Shown piece after piece: positions 28,883 through 38,390 of a stretch of DNA of 64,000 bases (position 1 is its first letter; every line of letters begins with the position of its first letter). Source of the stretch: an uncultured virus (IMG/VR IMGVR_UViG_3300017917_002187) (Duplodnaviria; Heunggongvirae; Uroviricota; Caudoviricetes); the IMG/VR virus record IMGVR_UViG_3300017917_002187. One strand, given 5' to 3'. The notes under the pieces are model-generated. The model did not search any database and was not told the origin of the DNA. It saw nothing but the letters and a program-made list of their open reading frames with translations. The position numbers and the translations under genes were made by a program.

Positions 28883-29338
28883 TTAAAATTTTAATGTTAT
28901 GTGTTTTTGTTTTCTTTTACCACGAAATAACCAAATAAAATTCAATAATAATCTATTTATTATGAATTTCAAAAAATAAATTTTCAAACTACTAACATCC
29001 AATAACTTAACAACAGTTATTTGGTACTCTTCACCGAAATTATCCATCAGTATTTTATAACGATGGTGACCATTCATAATAACGTTTTTGGATGTTACTA
29101 TTATATAACCCATTTCATAATCAAAACCATTTTGAACAATCTGATCTTGAATGTAAAAATGTATTGGTTCCATTTTTATTCTGTTGGTCTGTATCTTCAG
29201 TTGTGACATAGGAATTGTTTCATATTTTATTTTATGACACCACCATTGATTGCAGTAATATTCTTTGTTGTGTGGTTTAAAATCATCACCAACATATTTT
29301 TGACTTAATGTTACTTTTATTTTGTTAAACCACCTCAT
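28883..29338 (-). CDS. ParB/Srx-like domain protein
   Basis: IIVT..NVIMNGHHRY. Confidence 0.5.
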   Translation of the reverse strand: MRWFNKIKVTLSQKYVGDDFKPHNKEYYCNQWWCHKIKYETIPMSQLKIQTNRIKMEPIHFYIQDQIVQNGFDYEMGYIIVTSKNVIMNGHHRYKILMDNFGEEYQITVVKLLDVSSLKIYFLKFIINRLLLNFIWLFRGKRKQKHITLKF

Positions 29339-29739
29339 TCTGTCATCATTATTAATAACTCTTCGTTTTCATTAAACACTGGCATTGGGTCATTATGTCT
29401 ATAAACATTACCGTCAGGTCCATGAATTTCCAAAATTTTCAATGTTGTTCTTGTACCAAAAATAAAATGGTCAGCAAATGCAGACATGGTTCCATTAAAA
29501 CAATGCCTAATTGGGTTGTCTGGAATATCCACATACCAAACACAAACAATCGAAGTTATATGTTCACGAAAGTGATATGGAATAAGTCTAGTGTTTATTC
29601 TTAAAACTGGTGCGGGAAAAAATGTTGATCCTGAGAATGCTAAATTTGAAATAGTTGCACCTGAGGAGAACACATTATCCATTACCCAATTTGATATGGA
29701 TTTAAATTTGTAACCCCTTAATAATTTAAAGTCTTTCAT
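29335..29739 (-). CDS. KLLRG-tagged hypothetical protein
   Basis: MKDFKLLRGY. Confidence 0.7.
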   Translation of the reverse strand: MKDFKLLRGYKFKSISNWVMDNVFSSGATISNLAFSGSTFFPAPVLRINTRLIPYHFREHITSIVCVWYVDIPDNPIRHCFNGTMSAFADHFIFGTRTTLKILEIHGPDGNVYRHNDPMPVFNENEELLIMMTE

Positions 29740-29939
29740 TAATTGAAAATAAATTTATAACCTGACCATAAAATCATTGATAAAACCAATAAAAAAAATA
29801 TTGACCATATTCCGGTATACCACACATTCGTTGTTTCGTCATTGCCTTCAATTTTAAAAATATTATTGGTCATTTTACCAACAATATACGGAATGACAAT
29901 GAAGTAGAAAAGAACGAGAAAAAAATCTAAAATGTTCAT
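29739..29939 (-). CDS. small 2-TM membrane protein
   Basis: Two hydrophobic segments; promoter box 29957-29964. Confidence 0.6.
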   Translation of the reverse strand: MNILDFFLVLFYFIVIPYIVGKMTNNIFKIEGNDETTNVWYTGIWSIFFLLVLSMILWSGYKFIFN

Positions 29940-29988
29940 TTTTATTTATTTTGAGACAAAAATATATATTTTTTATTTAAAAACAAAA

Positions 29989-30606
29989 TTAAAATATTCC
30001 CCATTGAGTTGCCATCGCTTCGGCAATACCATCAAATGTTTTACTCCTCACCCTCTGTCTTTCTTCTGGTGGTAATTTTAATGACTCAACGTGCCATATG
30101 GGATCTTTACGACCATCTTTATAAACATACATTTGAGGTTCAACAATGTTTGTTGGAACCAATTTGGGTAAATTCATTAACCAAAGACCTGTTTTCTTGC
30201 TATGTGGGTCACCAAAATGATATGGGTGGATATATTGGTCTGCTTTTCTCCATGCGGTTGATATAACACCCACAGGATTCTCAATTGCAACTCTTGGACA
30301 ATTTGTTTTGGTAAACTTCATAAAGAAATCAATAGCCTCTTCTCTTTGTTTTTGTCTATCAGGAAACCTTTCTTTAAATTCGGGTTTCATCCATTTGTTA
30401 CCAGTTATTGTTAGGTAAGTACATGGTGGGTGTGCGATTATTAAGTCCCAACCATCATTTAATATTTTTAACACATCACCTTGGATGTGCCACTCTGGAT
30501 GTCCACCCGAAGAAGGTAGAATATCCGAACTAAAAGCTTCATGACCATATTTTCTGAACGCTTTACAAACTGTTTGACTTTCTTCACAAGCAATAAGAAC
30601 TTTCAT
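29989..30606 (-). CDS. phage-type C5 cytosine methyltransferase-like protein
   Basis: VLIACEES, IAHPPCTYL, IENP, RSKTF.GIA.AMA.QW. Confidence 0.8.
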   Translation of the reverse strand: MKVLIACEESQTVCKAFRKYGHEAFSSDILPSSGGHPEWHIQGDVLKILNDGWDLIIAHPPCTYLTITGNKWMKPEFKERFPDRQKQREEAIDFFMKFTKTNCPRVAIENPVGVISTAWRKADQYIHPYHFGDPHSKKTGLWLMNLPKLVPTNIVEPQMYVYKDGRKDPIWHVESLKLPPEERQRVRSKTFDGIAEAMATQWGIF

Positions 30607-30722
30607 TTAAATTACATTTTTTTAAAATATAGGGTTTTAGTTTGTTATTACGAAATCTTTTTAAAAAATTTTAATTGTTTTTCGATTTAACTGATATATA
30701 TGTTATGTAAACTTATAATATA

Positions 30723-31115
30723 GTGGAAAAATTTGTACCTTATCACCAACATCTTTTGATGAAATGTTGGGTTGAAAATCCCCCAAAGGAAACTAATATT
30801 CTGAACGATTGGTTCATAAATTTGGTAGAAACTGTTGGTATGAAAGTCGTCGCAGGACCTACAAGTGTTTACGTATCGGATCCCGGAAACGAGGGTTTAA
30901 CAGGAACGGTTACACTAGCGACATCACACGCATCAATTCATATATGGGACGCATTGGAATTCCCGATGTTACAATTCGATATATATAGTTGTAAGTGTTT
31001 TACCATGGAACAGGTTATGGAGTGTTTCAAACCATGGGGATTAATTAGAGCCGAATGGGTTATGATTGACAGAAATGAGAAACCAGTTATTATTCAGGAG
31101 GGTGTGTGGGTTTAA
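30723..31115 (+). CDS. speD: S-adenosylmethionine decarboxylase proenzyme (SpeD/SpeH-like)
   Basis: HLL, GNEGLTG.V.LATSHASIH.W, FDIYSCK. Confidence 0.8.
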   Translation: MEKFVPYHQHLLMKCWVENPPKETNILNDWFINLVETVGMKVVAGPTSVYVSDPGNEGLTGTVTLATSHASIHIWDALEFPMLQFDIYSCKCFTMEQVMECFKPWGLIRAEWVMIDRNEKPVIIQEGVWV

Positions 31116-31408
31116 ATCCTAAAAAAATACAAGTGGTACATTTCACGTCTTGGTTATTTAAAGACGTGTTTTGGTGTTTAAAATGGAAGTTGTTAGCCAC
31201 TTTCATGATTATACCGACACTTTTCTTGACTATTTATATATTGGTCACAGAAAAAGAAAATAGGGACGCAAACATTACATTGTTATCTTGGGTACTTATG
31301 AACGTCTTTTGGATGTCACATGAGTTACACAATACACCAATATGGTTTGTTTACGTCCCTATATCAATCGGAGCGTTTAATACACTAAGATTGTTGGTTA
31401 AAAAATAA
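31106..31408 (+). CDS. membrane protein
   Basis: Multiple TM segments, overlaps speD-like stop. Confidence 0.65.
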   Translation: MGLNPKKIQVVHFTSWLFKDVFWCLKWKLLATFMIIPTLFLTIYILVTEKENRDANITLLSWVLMNVFWMSHELHNTPIWFVYVPISIGAFNTLRLLVKK

Positions 31409-31433
31409 ATTAATCAACAATTTTTCATAGTGT

Positions 31434-32614
31434 TCATTCCATAAAATCTCCTCCTGTTCCTCTGTTAATTTTTCTGTAACAAGGACAATCTCCTGAGTGT
31501 GTGATTCCACTTCCATTTGAACGATTTATTATCAAATATTTATGACCATTGTGTTCCCACTCAAAACAATCAAAACTTTCTCTACCCACATTAATTTGTA
31601 TGGGTTTGTTTCGAGCATCAACAACTACTTTAGTGTTTTCGGATTGGTCACATCCGAATAACAAAATAACAAATACTAAAATTAAAATTCTCATATATTA
31701 ATCGATGCAACTAATTGTTCAAATGAATCATCCCGGTCAATGTTTTTTTTGTCTTTGTCAAGTATTATAGTTTTGGTTTTAATAACTTCACCCACCTTTA
31801 TTGCATCACAATTAAGATCTCTTGGACAGGGACACATTCTTCCCTCGGTCTCGGTGTTTATTTCACATCTATCACAAACGTAATAGTCGTATTTTTCTGT
31901 TTGAGTTCTCATATTAATTTTTATTTACAAAATCTATTATGTTGTTTGTTGAGTTTACACCAGCAATTAGGTAAATCATTTTAACCCACCATTCCCATAA
32001 AATTGGGTTATATTCACCAGTCATAAACCACACGATTAAAAACCAAATACCAAACCCAAAAACTACACATAAAGTAAACAATAAAAAAAATAAAAATTTA
32101 TTCATCATTCGTAATTCTTAGTAAAGATTTCATTTAATTTATTAATGTGTTCTTCACGTTTGTTTCTTATCACACATTCCTCATGATATTTTTTATTATT
32201 TTTATTGTGAATTATTTCGTAGTTTTCTTCTAATGTTCCTTTAATTGACTCCACGTCTTCTCTTTTACAAAGAAATACTGTATCCTCCAATTGATAACCA
32301 TATGATAAAAATTGTGTCGGGTATATTAAAAGAATTGATAGGATTTGATGGATTTCTCTTTCATAGTATTGTAATGACCATTTTTTAATAACCATTTTAT
32401 TACCATCCCAATCACTTGTTTCCAATTTATATATTGGAGAGACTTTCGTTTCAAATCTTTTTGAGTTTTTAAACTTATGAATGTATTTGATTTTATTGTA
32501 CCACTTGTATCTGGAAAACCAAGAGTTAATCACCAAACCAATAATAAACCATATTATTAAAAGAAATATGGATAATATAATAATTGCAAAAATGTTTTCA
32601 GTTGTTTCTTTCAT
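31434..32614 (-). other. four hypothetical CDSs (lipoprotein 31434-31694, Cys-rich 31691-31912, membrane 31914-32108, 32105-32614)
   Basis: Abutting ORFs with LFGC lipobox, CxxC motifs, TM segments. Confidence 0.65.
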
Positions 32615-33075
32615 ATATTTATTTTTTCTAATAATTGTTCAATACTATTTGAAAATGAAACGTTGTAGTAATTACAAACAATTTCAACATTACCCTTTCT
32701 CCAAAAACCATCAGGACAAACAACATATAATTTACCCGACTCCGCATATAATCCCATCTCCAATAATGATATGGGTGATTGGGTGTTTGGTGCAAAATAC
32801 ATGATAACAATGTCGGATTGTTTTAATGCATTCAACTCCCAAGTTACCTGTTGATAAAATTGTGGATTGTCAAAATCTTGAACCCAAGACGAGTCCCAAT
32901 CATCTCTACGAGGATTGAACACATTCCAATTCTTATCGTTAAAATAATTTGCAAGATTGGTTTGCCAATCTTCAGCCTTACCCATTTCTATTGACCCTGC
33001 TAAGAAAACAGACTTCATAGTTTTATTCCTGTGGGCGATGTTGTGTGGTGGTTTAAATATTGCCATAATTACCAA
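32611..33075 (-). CDS. nucleoside 2-deoxyribosyltransferase-like protein
   Basis: VFLAGSIEMG.A.DWQ, NPRR, QVTWEL, SPISLLEMG. Confidence 0.8.
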   Translation of the reverse strand: MVIMAIFKPPHNIAHRNKTMKSVFLAGSIEMGKAEDWQTNLANYFNDKNWNVFNPRRDDWDSSWVQDFDNPQFYQQVTWELNALKQSDIVIMYFAPNTQSPISLLEMGLYAESGKLYVVCPDGFWRKGNVEIVCNYYNVSFSNSIEQLLEKINI

Positions 33076-33602
33076 TCTGAACTTGATGACGAATCGTAAC
33101 TTGAAGAATCTGATGAACTATAATCCGATGAATCATAACTTGAACTGGAATCGTGACTTGAGCTATAATCCGATGAGTCTGATGAACTATAATCGGAATG
33201 ATTGTGTGAAGAATAATCATCAAATAAATAATGATTCTTAGTGGTTGTATTATCATCACTATCATTCAGTGAATCTCCAATCATCGCACCAAGCGGATTT
33301 CCACCCACAGCCATTCCAATTAACGCAGAGTCAGTTGCTTGTGCAACTAACATAGAGGTTAAAAACCCATCATCGGGTGATACTGATTGTGACGATTCTA
33401 TATTTGTTTTAGATTGTGGATTTGTAGGTCTGTTATAAGAAACGGACATACTTGAGGTGCGGTATATACCTTCACCACCTCTTACGTATTGTTCAATTTT
33501 CTTTTGTCTTTCCTTTTCTTTTTTATCTTTCCAATATCCATAATAAAGAAAAGGACCAACAAGTAGTGTCGAACAAATTATTGAGTAAAATACTATTTCC
33601 AT
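33069..33602 (-). CDS. membrane-anchored protein with Ser/Asp-rich C-terminal tail
   Basis: N-terminal TM; SSDSSDYSSS repeats ending in DW. Confidence 0.75.
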   Translation of the reverse strand: MEIVFYSIICSTLLVGPFLYYGYWKDKKEKERQKKIEQYVRGGEGIYRTSSMSVSYNRPTNPQSKTNIESSQSVSPDDGFLTSMLVAQATDSALIGMAVGGNPLGAMIGDSLNDSDDNTTTKNHYLFDDYSSHNHSDYSSSDSSDYSSSHDSSSSYDSSDYSSSDSSSYDSSSSSDW

Positions 33603-33605
33603 GCT

Positions 33606-34043
33606 TTAAAAATCAAAGTTGTTTCTTTGTTTACTACCACGAATACGATACATTGACATTTCAAGAATCTGTAATGATTCGTTTAAACCAGCCCTGTCAT
33701 CAATAAAGATGTTAGCATAAATCTTTTTATTGTTACCATATGGTAAATCAATTGGTGTGGTGTTTATACCATCTATCTCCAAACCATTTTCTAAACAATA
33801 GTTGGTTATTTCTGGATATCTGTCCTCTTTACATGCGGTAAAGATTACAACATATGCACCGGTTTCTTTTGCAACTTTCAGAACATTAAACACTCGTTTG
33901 AAATCGCTGTTGGTCATTTTCCATGGTGATATGGTATCATCGTAATCACATGCTATGATTATCTTACCATGTTGTTTCCACTCTTCTTCTAACCTTTCAA
34001 GGTATGGAATGGACTCTGGATTTTTGTCAAAATACTCTTTCAT
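33606..34043 (-). CDS. HAD-like hydrolase
   Basis: IACDYDDTI, FTA, KIYANIFIDDRA. Confidence 0.75.
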   Translation of the reverse strand: MKEYFDKNPESIPYLERLEEEWKQHGKIIIACDYDDTISPWKMTNSDFKRVFNVLKVAKETGAYVVIFTACKEDRYPEITNYCLENGLEIDGINTTPIDLPYGNNKKIYANIFIDDRAGLNESLQILEMSMYRIRGSKQRNNFDF

Positions 34044-34390
34044 TATAATACTATTTTTTCTACTAATATAGATGAATTTTGGTTAATTACAAAATGTTGG
34101 AATCTTTCATAAAATTTATAATCATCCGATTCATAAACATGGATATAAAAACCATGTTCCTGTAGTTTTGTAATGTCTTCCTTTGTGAACCAATTAAACA
34201 ACTCATTTAAACTTGGTGTTGCAGATAAGTAACCAACAATGGTATCATCGAAATCCATCAACAACTCATTGTTCTTACAAAAATTAAAATCATTGTGAAT
34301 CAATCCAGTAAAGATACCATTCATGTTATACCACAATCCTTGTTGTGTTTGAACATGTGAAACCCGGTAGAATTTTTTTAAATTATTCAT
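34043..34390 (-). CDS. hypothetical protein
   Basis: FYRV...QGLWY, L.NWF. Confidence 0.7.
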   Translation of the reverse strand: MNNLKKFYRVSHVQTQQGLWYNMNGIFTGLIHNDFNFCKNNELLMDFDDTIVGYLSATPSLNELFNWFTKEDITKLQEHGFYIHVYESDDYKFYERFQHFVINQNSSILVEKIVL

Positions 34391-34715
34391 AGTCGATGTA
34401 TTTTATGTGTATGTTATTTTTAACTGCAAATTCAATTTCTTCGGCAACACCTCTTGATCGATTCCAACCATCCATTTTGTAAACCCAAAGTTCATCACAA
34501 TGACGAAGAATGGATATACAGAAGTTATTCCAAAACTCCCAGTCGGTTGGCATTTGTTTATAATCCAACAATGTGTGACCATAGGTTATCGGTGAAACAA
34601 CAACTAATCCTTTAGAAACCAATTCGGCTGCTTTTTTTGTTACCTTGGTGTAGTTTTCTTCCCGGACTTTTTCATCTGGATGAGAATAAGGTGATGCTAA
34701 ATAAATCATTCCCAT
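34383..34715 (-). CDS. DUF1937 / NDT-like protein
   Basis: IYLASPYSH, SPI, CDELWV, GW..S.GV.EE. Confidence 0.8.
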   Translation of the reverse strand: MGMIYLASPYSHPDEKVREENYTKVTKKAAELVSKGLVVVSPITYGHTLLDYKQMPTDWEFWNNFCISILRHCDELWVYKMDGWNRSRGVAEEIEFAVKNNIHIKYIDYE

Positions 34716-35194
34716 TATATTGTGCTTAATTTATTTTTAACAAGGGTTAAAGCCTGACCCAAAAGATTAAGACCTAACCAATATGACGGGTCTTCAATCC
34801 CTTCCGCACTTTCATCAAGACCAATACCCCAAATATTATCATATGAAGACGCTTCAACAAATATCCTATTTCCGGTTGACAACATTTGTTCTTTTAGTTC
34901 TGGGTTTTGAGTAAATTTTGCCAGGTTTCCTTCATAAACAATTGACAAACAGTTTTTATCCCAAACAGATTTATCGAAGTTCTTGATCATTCGACCATAC
35001 TTCTTTTGTTCCCTTGGGTTTGTTTCATTCATGATTAACTCAGCAATCTCGTTATCACCAAACAATAATGCCTTTTGGTGCATCATGTATTGTTCACATG
35101 AATTGTATTCGATTTTATCAATCGTCATTGGTGCCTTGTGCCACTGCGAATATATTCCATTATAAAAGAATACGTAGTTATCCGTTATTTTCAT
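34715..35194 (-). CDS. NADAR (YbiA-like) family protein
   Basis: SQW, EQYMM.QKA.LFGD, KF.QN.EL, EAS.YD.IWGIG, G.NLLG. Confidence 0.9.
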   Translation of the reverse strand: MKITDNYVFFYNGIYSQWHKAPMTIDKIEYNSCEQYMMHQKALLFGDNEIAELIMNETNPREQKKYGRMIKNFDKSVWDKNCLSIVYEGNLAKFTQNPELKEQMLSTGNRIFVEASSYDNIWGIGLDESAEGIEDPSYWLGLNLLGQALTLVKNKLSTI

Positions 35195-35195
35195 T

Positions 35196-36176
35196 TTAGA
35201 ATACGTTTAATTGTTTAACTAAACTGTGAATTGTTTTGTGTCTTGAGAATGTGTCTACAATTGTTCCGTCTTGAACATCTTTAACACTGTTTGTACAGTA
35301 TATACCATCAAGATGTTGTGCTAAAAAATCGAAACCCGCACTGAAGATACCATGAGTAACAACAAGATAAATCTTACCTTGAAATGTTTCATTACCATCA
35401 ACATAAACACATTGGTCGGGTGTCCACACATGTGATTTAATTACCTTAGCAATTTCAATGAATGTTCTTCCACCATCACAAATATCATCAAAGATAAAGA
35501 AGTCTTCTGTTGGTCTTGTATTGTTAAGTGGTACTTGAGTAAAATCTATTTTACCGGTTTCTAAATTCCTGTGTTTTGATGCGATTACAATATCTTTTTT
35601 GTAGTTAAAACTATCGGCAACATGGAATACTTTTTTCAACGCACCAGCATCAGGTGATACCAAACGAACATTTTCAAAATTCATTTTATCCCAAGTTTCA
35701 AAACCTTTTGATATAAAGTATTCTTTAAATGCAAACTGTGCGAGTTTAATATTATCAATCTTAACGAAGTTATCGATACAAGCCTCAAGTACATCGGAGT
35801 GTGGGTCCATAATTGTTACTTGTTCATAACCTTGTGAGTTAATGATTGGTGCAATTACGTGTTTCACATAATTGATTCCACCTTCCATAAACTTTCGATC
35901 ACTTCTTGCCCCAGTACAATATGGTGTGAACAATCTAATTCTTTTAACACCAACCTCTTTTAGTGCTTGTGTCGCACAAATGATGATTTCTAAATCACGG
36001 AAATCATTCAAACGTGACTCAATTGTAATCCCGTTGTGGTTTTCTCTTAGTGAGTAAAATGTGTTATACCCATCTTCAATCAATCTTAATGATTGTTGAC
36101 CATCGGGGAATTTGCTTATCTCATATTTGAAAGATAATGAATCGTTTGGATTAACCAAATTTAATACTTCTGCCAT
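35196..36176 (-). CDS. ribose-phosphate pyrophosphokinase-like (probable NARP1 Adps)
   Basis: FPDGQ, PY..ARSDR, DPHS, SPDAGA, DDICDGGRTF, VTHG. Confidence 0.85.
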   Translation of the reverse strand: MAEVLNLVNPNDSLSFKYEISKFPDGQQSLRLIEDGYNTFYSLRENHNGITIESRLNDFRDLEIIICATQALKEVGVKRIRLFTPYCTGARSDRKFMEGGINYVKHVIAPIINSQGYEQVTIMDPHSDVLEACIDNFVKIDNIKLAQFAFKEYFISKGFETWDKMNFENVRLVSPDAGALKKVFHVADSFNYKKDIVIASKHRNLETGKIDFTQVPLNNTRPTEDFFIFDDICDGGRTFIEIAKVIKSHVWTPDQCVYVDGNETFQGKIYLVVTHGIFSAGFDFLAQHLDGIYCTNSVKDVQDGTIVDTFSRHKTIHSLVKQLNVF

Positions 36177-36179
36177 AAT

Positions 36180-37544
36180 TTAATGTCTGTTTTTATCTCT
36201 TTCTTCAATTTCTTTTTTGGTGATGTCAACAAAAAGGTCAACATCGTATCGTATAATTGGTATACCACCACCATCTATTGTTGTGTATTTCTTACCATAA
36301 CTGCTCCAACCTCCGTAGTTGTGTCGGAATAAAAACTCACGACCTTCTTCATCGGTGAAACCAATTTTTAGTTCCGATGAACCATGTGATTTCCCTCTTA
36401 TTTTACCAAGAACTTTTACCTCATGTTTTAATAAACCATGCTCCAATGGGTCATTATTTTCACCATCTCGATTCCAACGATGTGGGTCAAGTTCTTTTGG
36501 GTGGATAACACATTTAAAATTGATTGGGGTGTTATTATTAATCCTATCCATCATAATCCATTCCATTAGATATGCACTCTTACTACCAGTTAGTTTGGTA
36601 TAAGTTTTATCCTTCTTCAATTGCTCAACCAATTTTTTAACTTCGTCCTTTTTCTCGGCATATGTTAATGTAATTTCACCACCCAACATTTCGTTGAAAA
36701 TGTTTTTGTAAAGAGGTACGATTTGATTAACAATTTTCTGAGAATCCACACCTTGTCCGTCACCAACCTTATGAAATTTCTCATGTAGTTTTTTCAAGAT
36801 TTCATTTTCATTTACTTTACGTAAAAAGAACTCACTTGAAAACTCTTTATCGGGATGTTGAAGTCTGGTTTTGTAAATTAATGCACCCATGATTGGTGTA
36901 ATCATCACATCAGAACCAAGTAAAGACTCAATGAATTTCATATCAGAAATAAACATTGGGTTTAACATTCTTTCCTTCACACTAAGATTCTCATGAGTGT
37001 CTATTGTACTCTCCCTCCAATATTTTTTTTCAGTGTCACTCAATGTGAGATATGCATCAAAGGTGTTATAGTATTTTGGTATGTTCAAACCAAAAATCGT
37101 GTGCATCCCAAGTGCAAATCCGCGGTCAAAGTATTTTCCACCACTACCATAAAATTTAAAATGGTTTAAATAAATCAACAACTTCATTATTTGCTGATTA
37201 TCTAACACACTCTCATCATAAATTCTAACATTAATTCTGTGGTTAGGTGAATTATACCATAATAAACGTCTGAACCCATCAAGAAGGATTAAATCACCAT
37301 TATCTTTTCTCATTAGAAAAAATGATTGGTATTCGTAAATTTCAACTGGTGGGTTTTGTGAAACATCATCACCACCACCACGATTAAAATCTTCGGGATT
37401 GATTCCTTGAGATTTAAGATTATCTAACAAGTATTCTCTCAATTCTTTTGCATTCGCAGTGCCAAATGTATATTCCGCTTCCAAATACTCATCATAAGAC
37501 TTGTACTTTTCACTTGATAAGGGGAGATTGGTGTGTAGTTGCAT
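36180..37544 (-). CDS. protein with ParB-like N-terminal domain
   Basis: LILLDGFRRL. Confidence 0.55.
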   Translation of the reverse strand: MQLHTNLPLSSEKYKSYDEYLEAEYTFGTANAKELREYLLDNLKSQGINPEDFNRGGGDDVSQNPPVEIYEYQSFFLMRKDNGDLILLDGFRRLLWYNSPNHRINVRIYDESVLDNQQIMKLLIYLNHFKFYGSGGKYFDRGFALGMHTIFGLNIPKYYNTFDAYLTLSDTEKKYWRESTIDTHENLSVKERMLNPMFISDMKFIESLLGSDVMITPIMGALIYKTRLQHPDKEFSSEFFLRKVNENEILKKLHEKFHKVGDGQGVDSQKIVNQIVPLYKNIFNEMLGGEITLTYAEKKDEVKKLVEQLKKDKTYTKLTGSKSAYLMEWIMMDRINNNTPINFKCVIHPKELDPHRWNRDGENNDPLEHGLLKHEVKVLGKIRGKSHGSSELKIGFTDEEGREFLFRHNYGGWSSYGKKYTTIDGGGIPIIRYDVDLFVDITKKEIEERDKNRH

Positions 37545-37603
37545 TTTAATTCATCTTTTACATCACAAAGATAACGTTATTCCGGAATATCCCAAATTAT
37601 TTT

Positions 37604-38389
37604 TTATCCTGACCAATGAAGGTAATATTGTTCTTTGTTTTCCTTTGACAAAACATACTTAATTGTGTCACGGACAATCTCAAGTGCGTTTATATACCAA
37701 GTGTTATCACTCTCAGTCACAACATACACACATGGTTGTTCATTGAAAATTTTGTGTGTTCCCGGAATCATTGCCAAAACCTTTTGTGGTTCATGGAATG
37801 AAAACTCACCATTAGAGTTTGAATAATTATAACCTTCATCTCCTGGTTTCTTTTTACCCAATTCACCCATAAAAATATCTAACGCTTCTTTTTCAGAATG
37901 AACATCGGGTTGTTTAAATATGTTATTTGAAACATGGTGAACTCGATATGCCCCTTTCTGTTTAAACATTTCAATCACCTCTTCACAACGAACCAAAGAC
38001 TCCTCCCAATTTGGTTGGAAATGATATTCATCGTTGTGGTTAAAAATATCACTCATTGTTGGTAGCCCCAAGTTTCGAAGAATTCTTTCAATACCACCTT
38101 CGTTGTATGAACTTCTGAAGTATCCAATTTTGAAATAGTGGTCAGGATAATTTGGATGTGGTTCTTCAATCTGTTCTCGTGTCGTTTCATCCGAACCCCA
38201 TTCATCCAAACCCAAAGATTTTGCATGTTCTTTAATTTTTGAACGTACCTCTTCTTTTTGTTCATCGGTTAACGAATTATAATCACCGGCTTTAGTCCAT
38301 GCGTTATCATCAAACACACTTTGTTTTTCTTCGAGTTCTCTTGTTTTCTCGTAATTATCGTAACGATAAAGATATATGTCTAATCCCAT
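37604..38389 (-). CDS. MGLD-family phage protein
   Basis: MGLDIYL, GYFRSSYN, C-terminal YYLHWSG. Confidence 0.75.
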   Translation of the reverse strand: MGLDIYLYRYDNYEKTRELEEKQSVFDDNAWTKAGDYNSLTDEQKEEVRSKIKEHAKSLGLDEWGSDETTREQIEEPHPNYPDHYFKIGYFRSSYNEGGIERILRNLGLPTMSDIFNHNDEYHFQPNWEESLVRCEEVIEMFKQKGAYRVHHVSNNIFKQPDVHSEKEALDIFMGELGKKKPGDEGYNYSNSNGEFSFHEPQKVLAMIPGTHKIFNEQPCVYVVTESDNTWYINALEIVRDTIKYVLSKENKEQYYLHWSG

Positions 38390-38390
38390 A

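Noticed and set aside
29335..29739. Major-capsid-fragment resemblance (FFPAPVLRINTRL)
   Set aside because: Too loose to support by eye; only the KLLRG tag is reported
33069..33240. DNA-level tandem repeats
   Set aside because: Explained by the Ser/Asp-rich protein tail; the overlapping ORFs 32957-33241 and 33053-33265 are shadows
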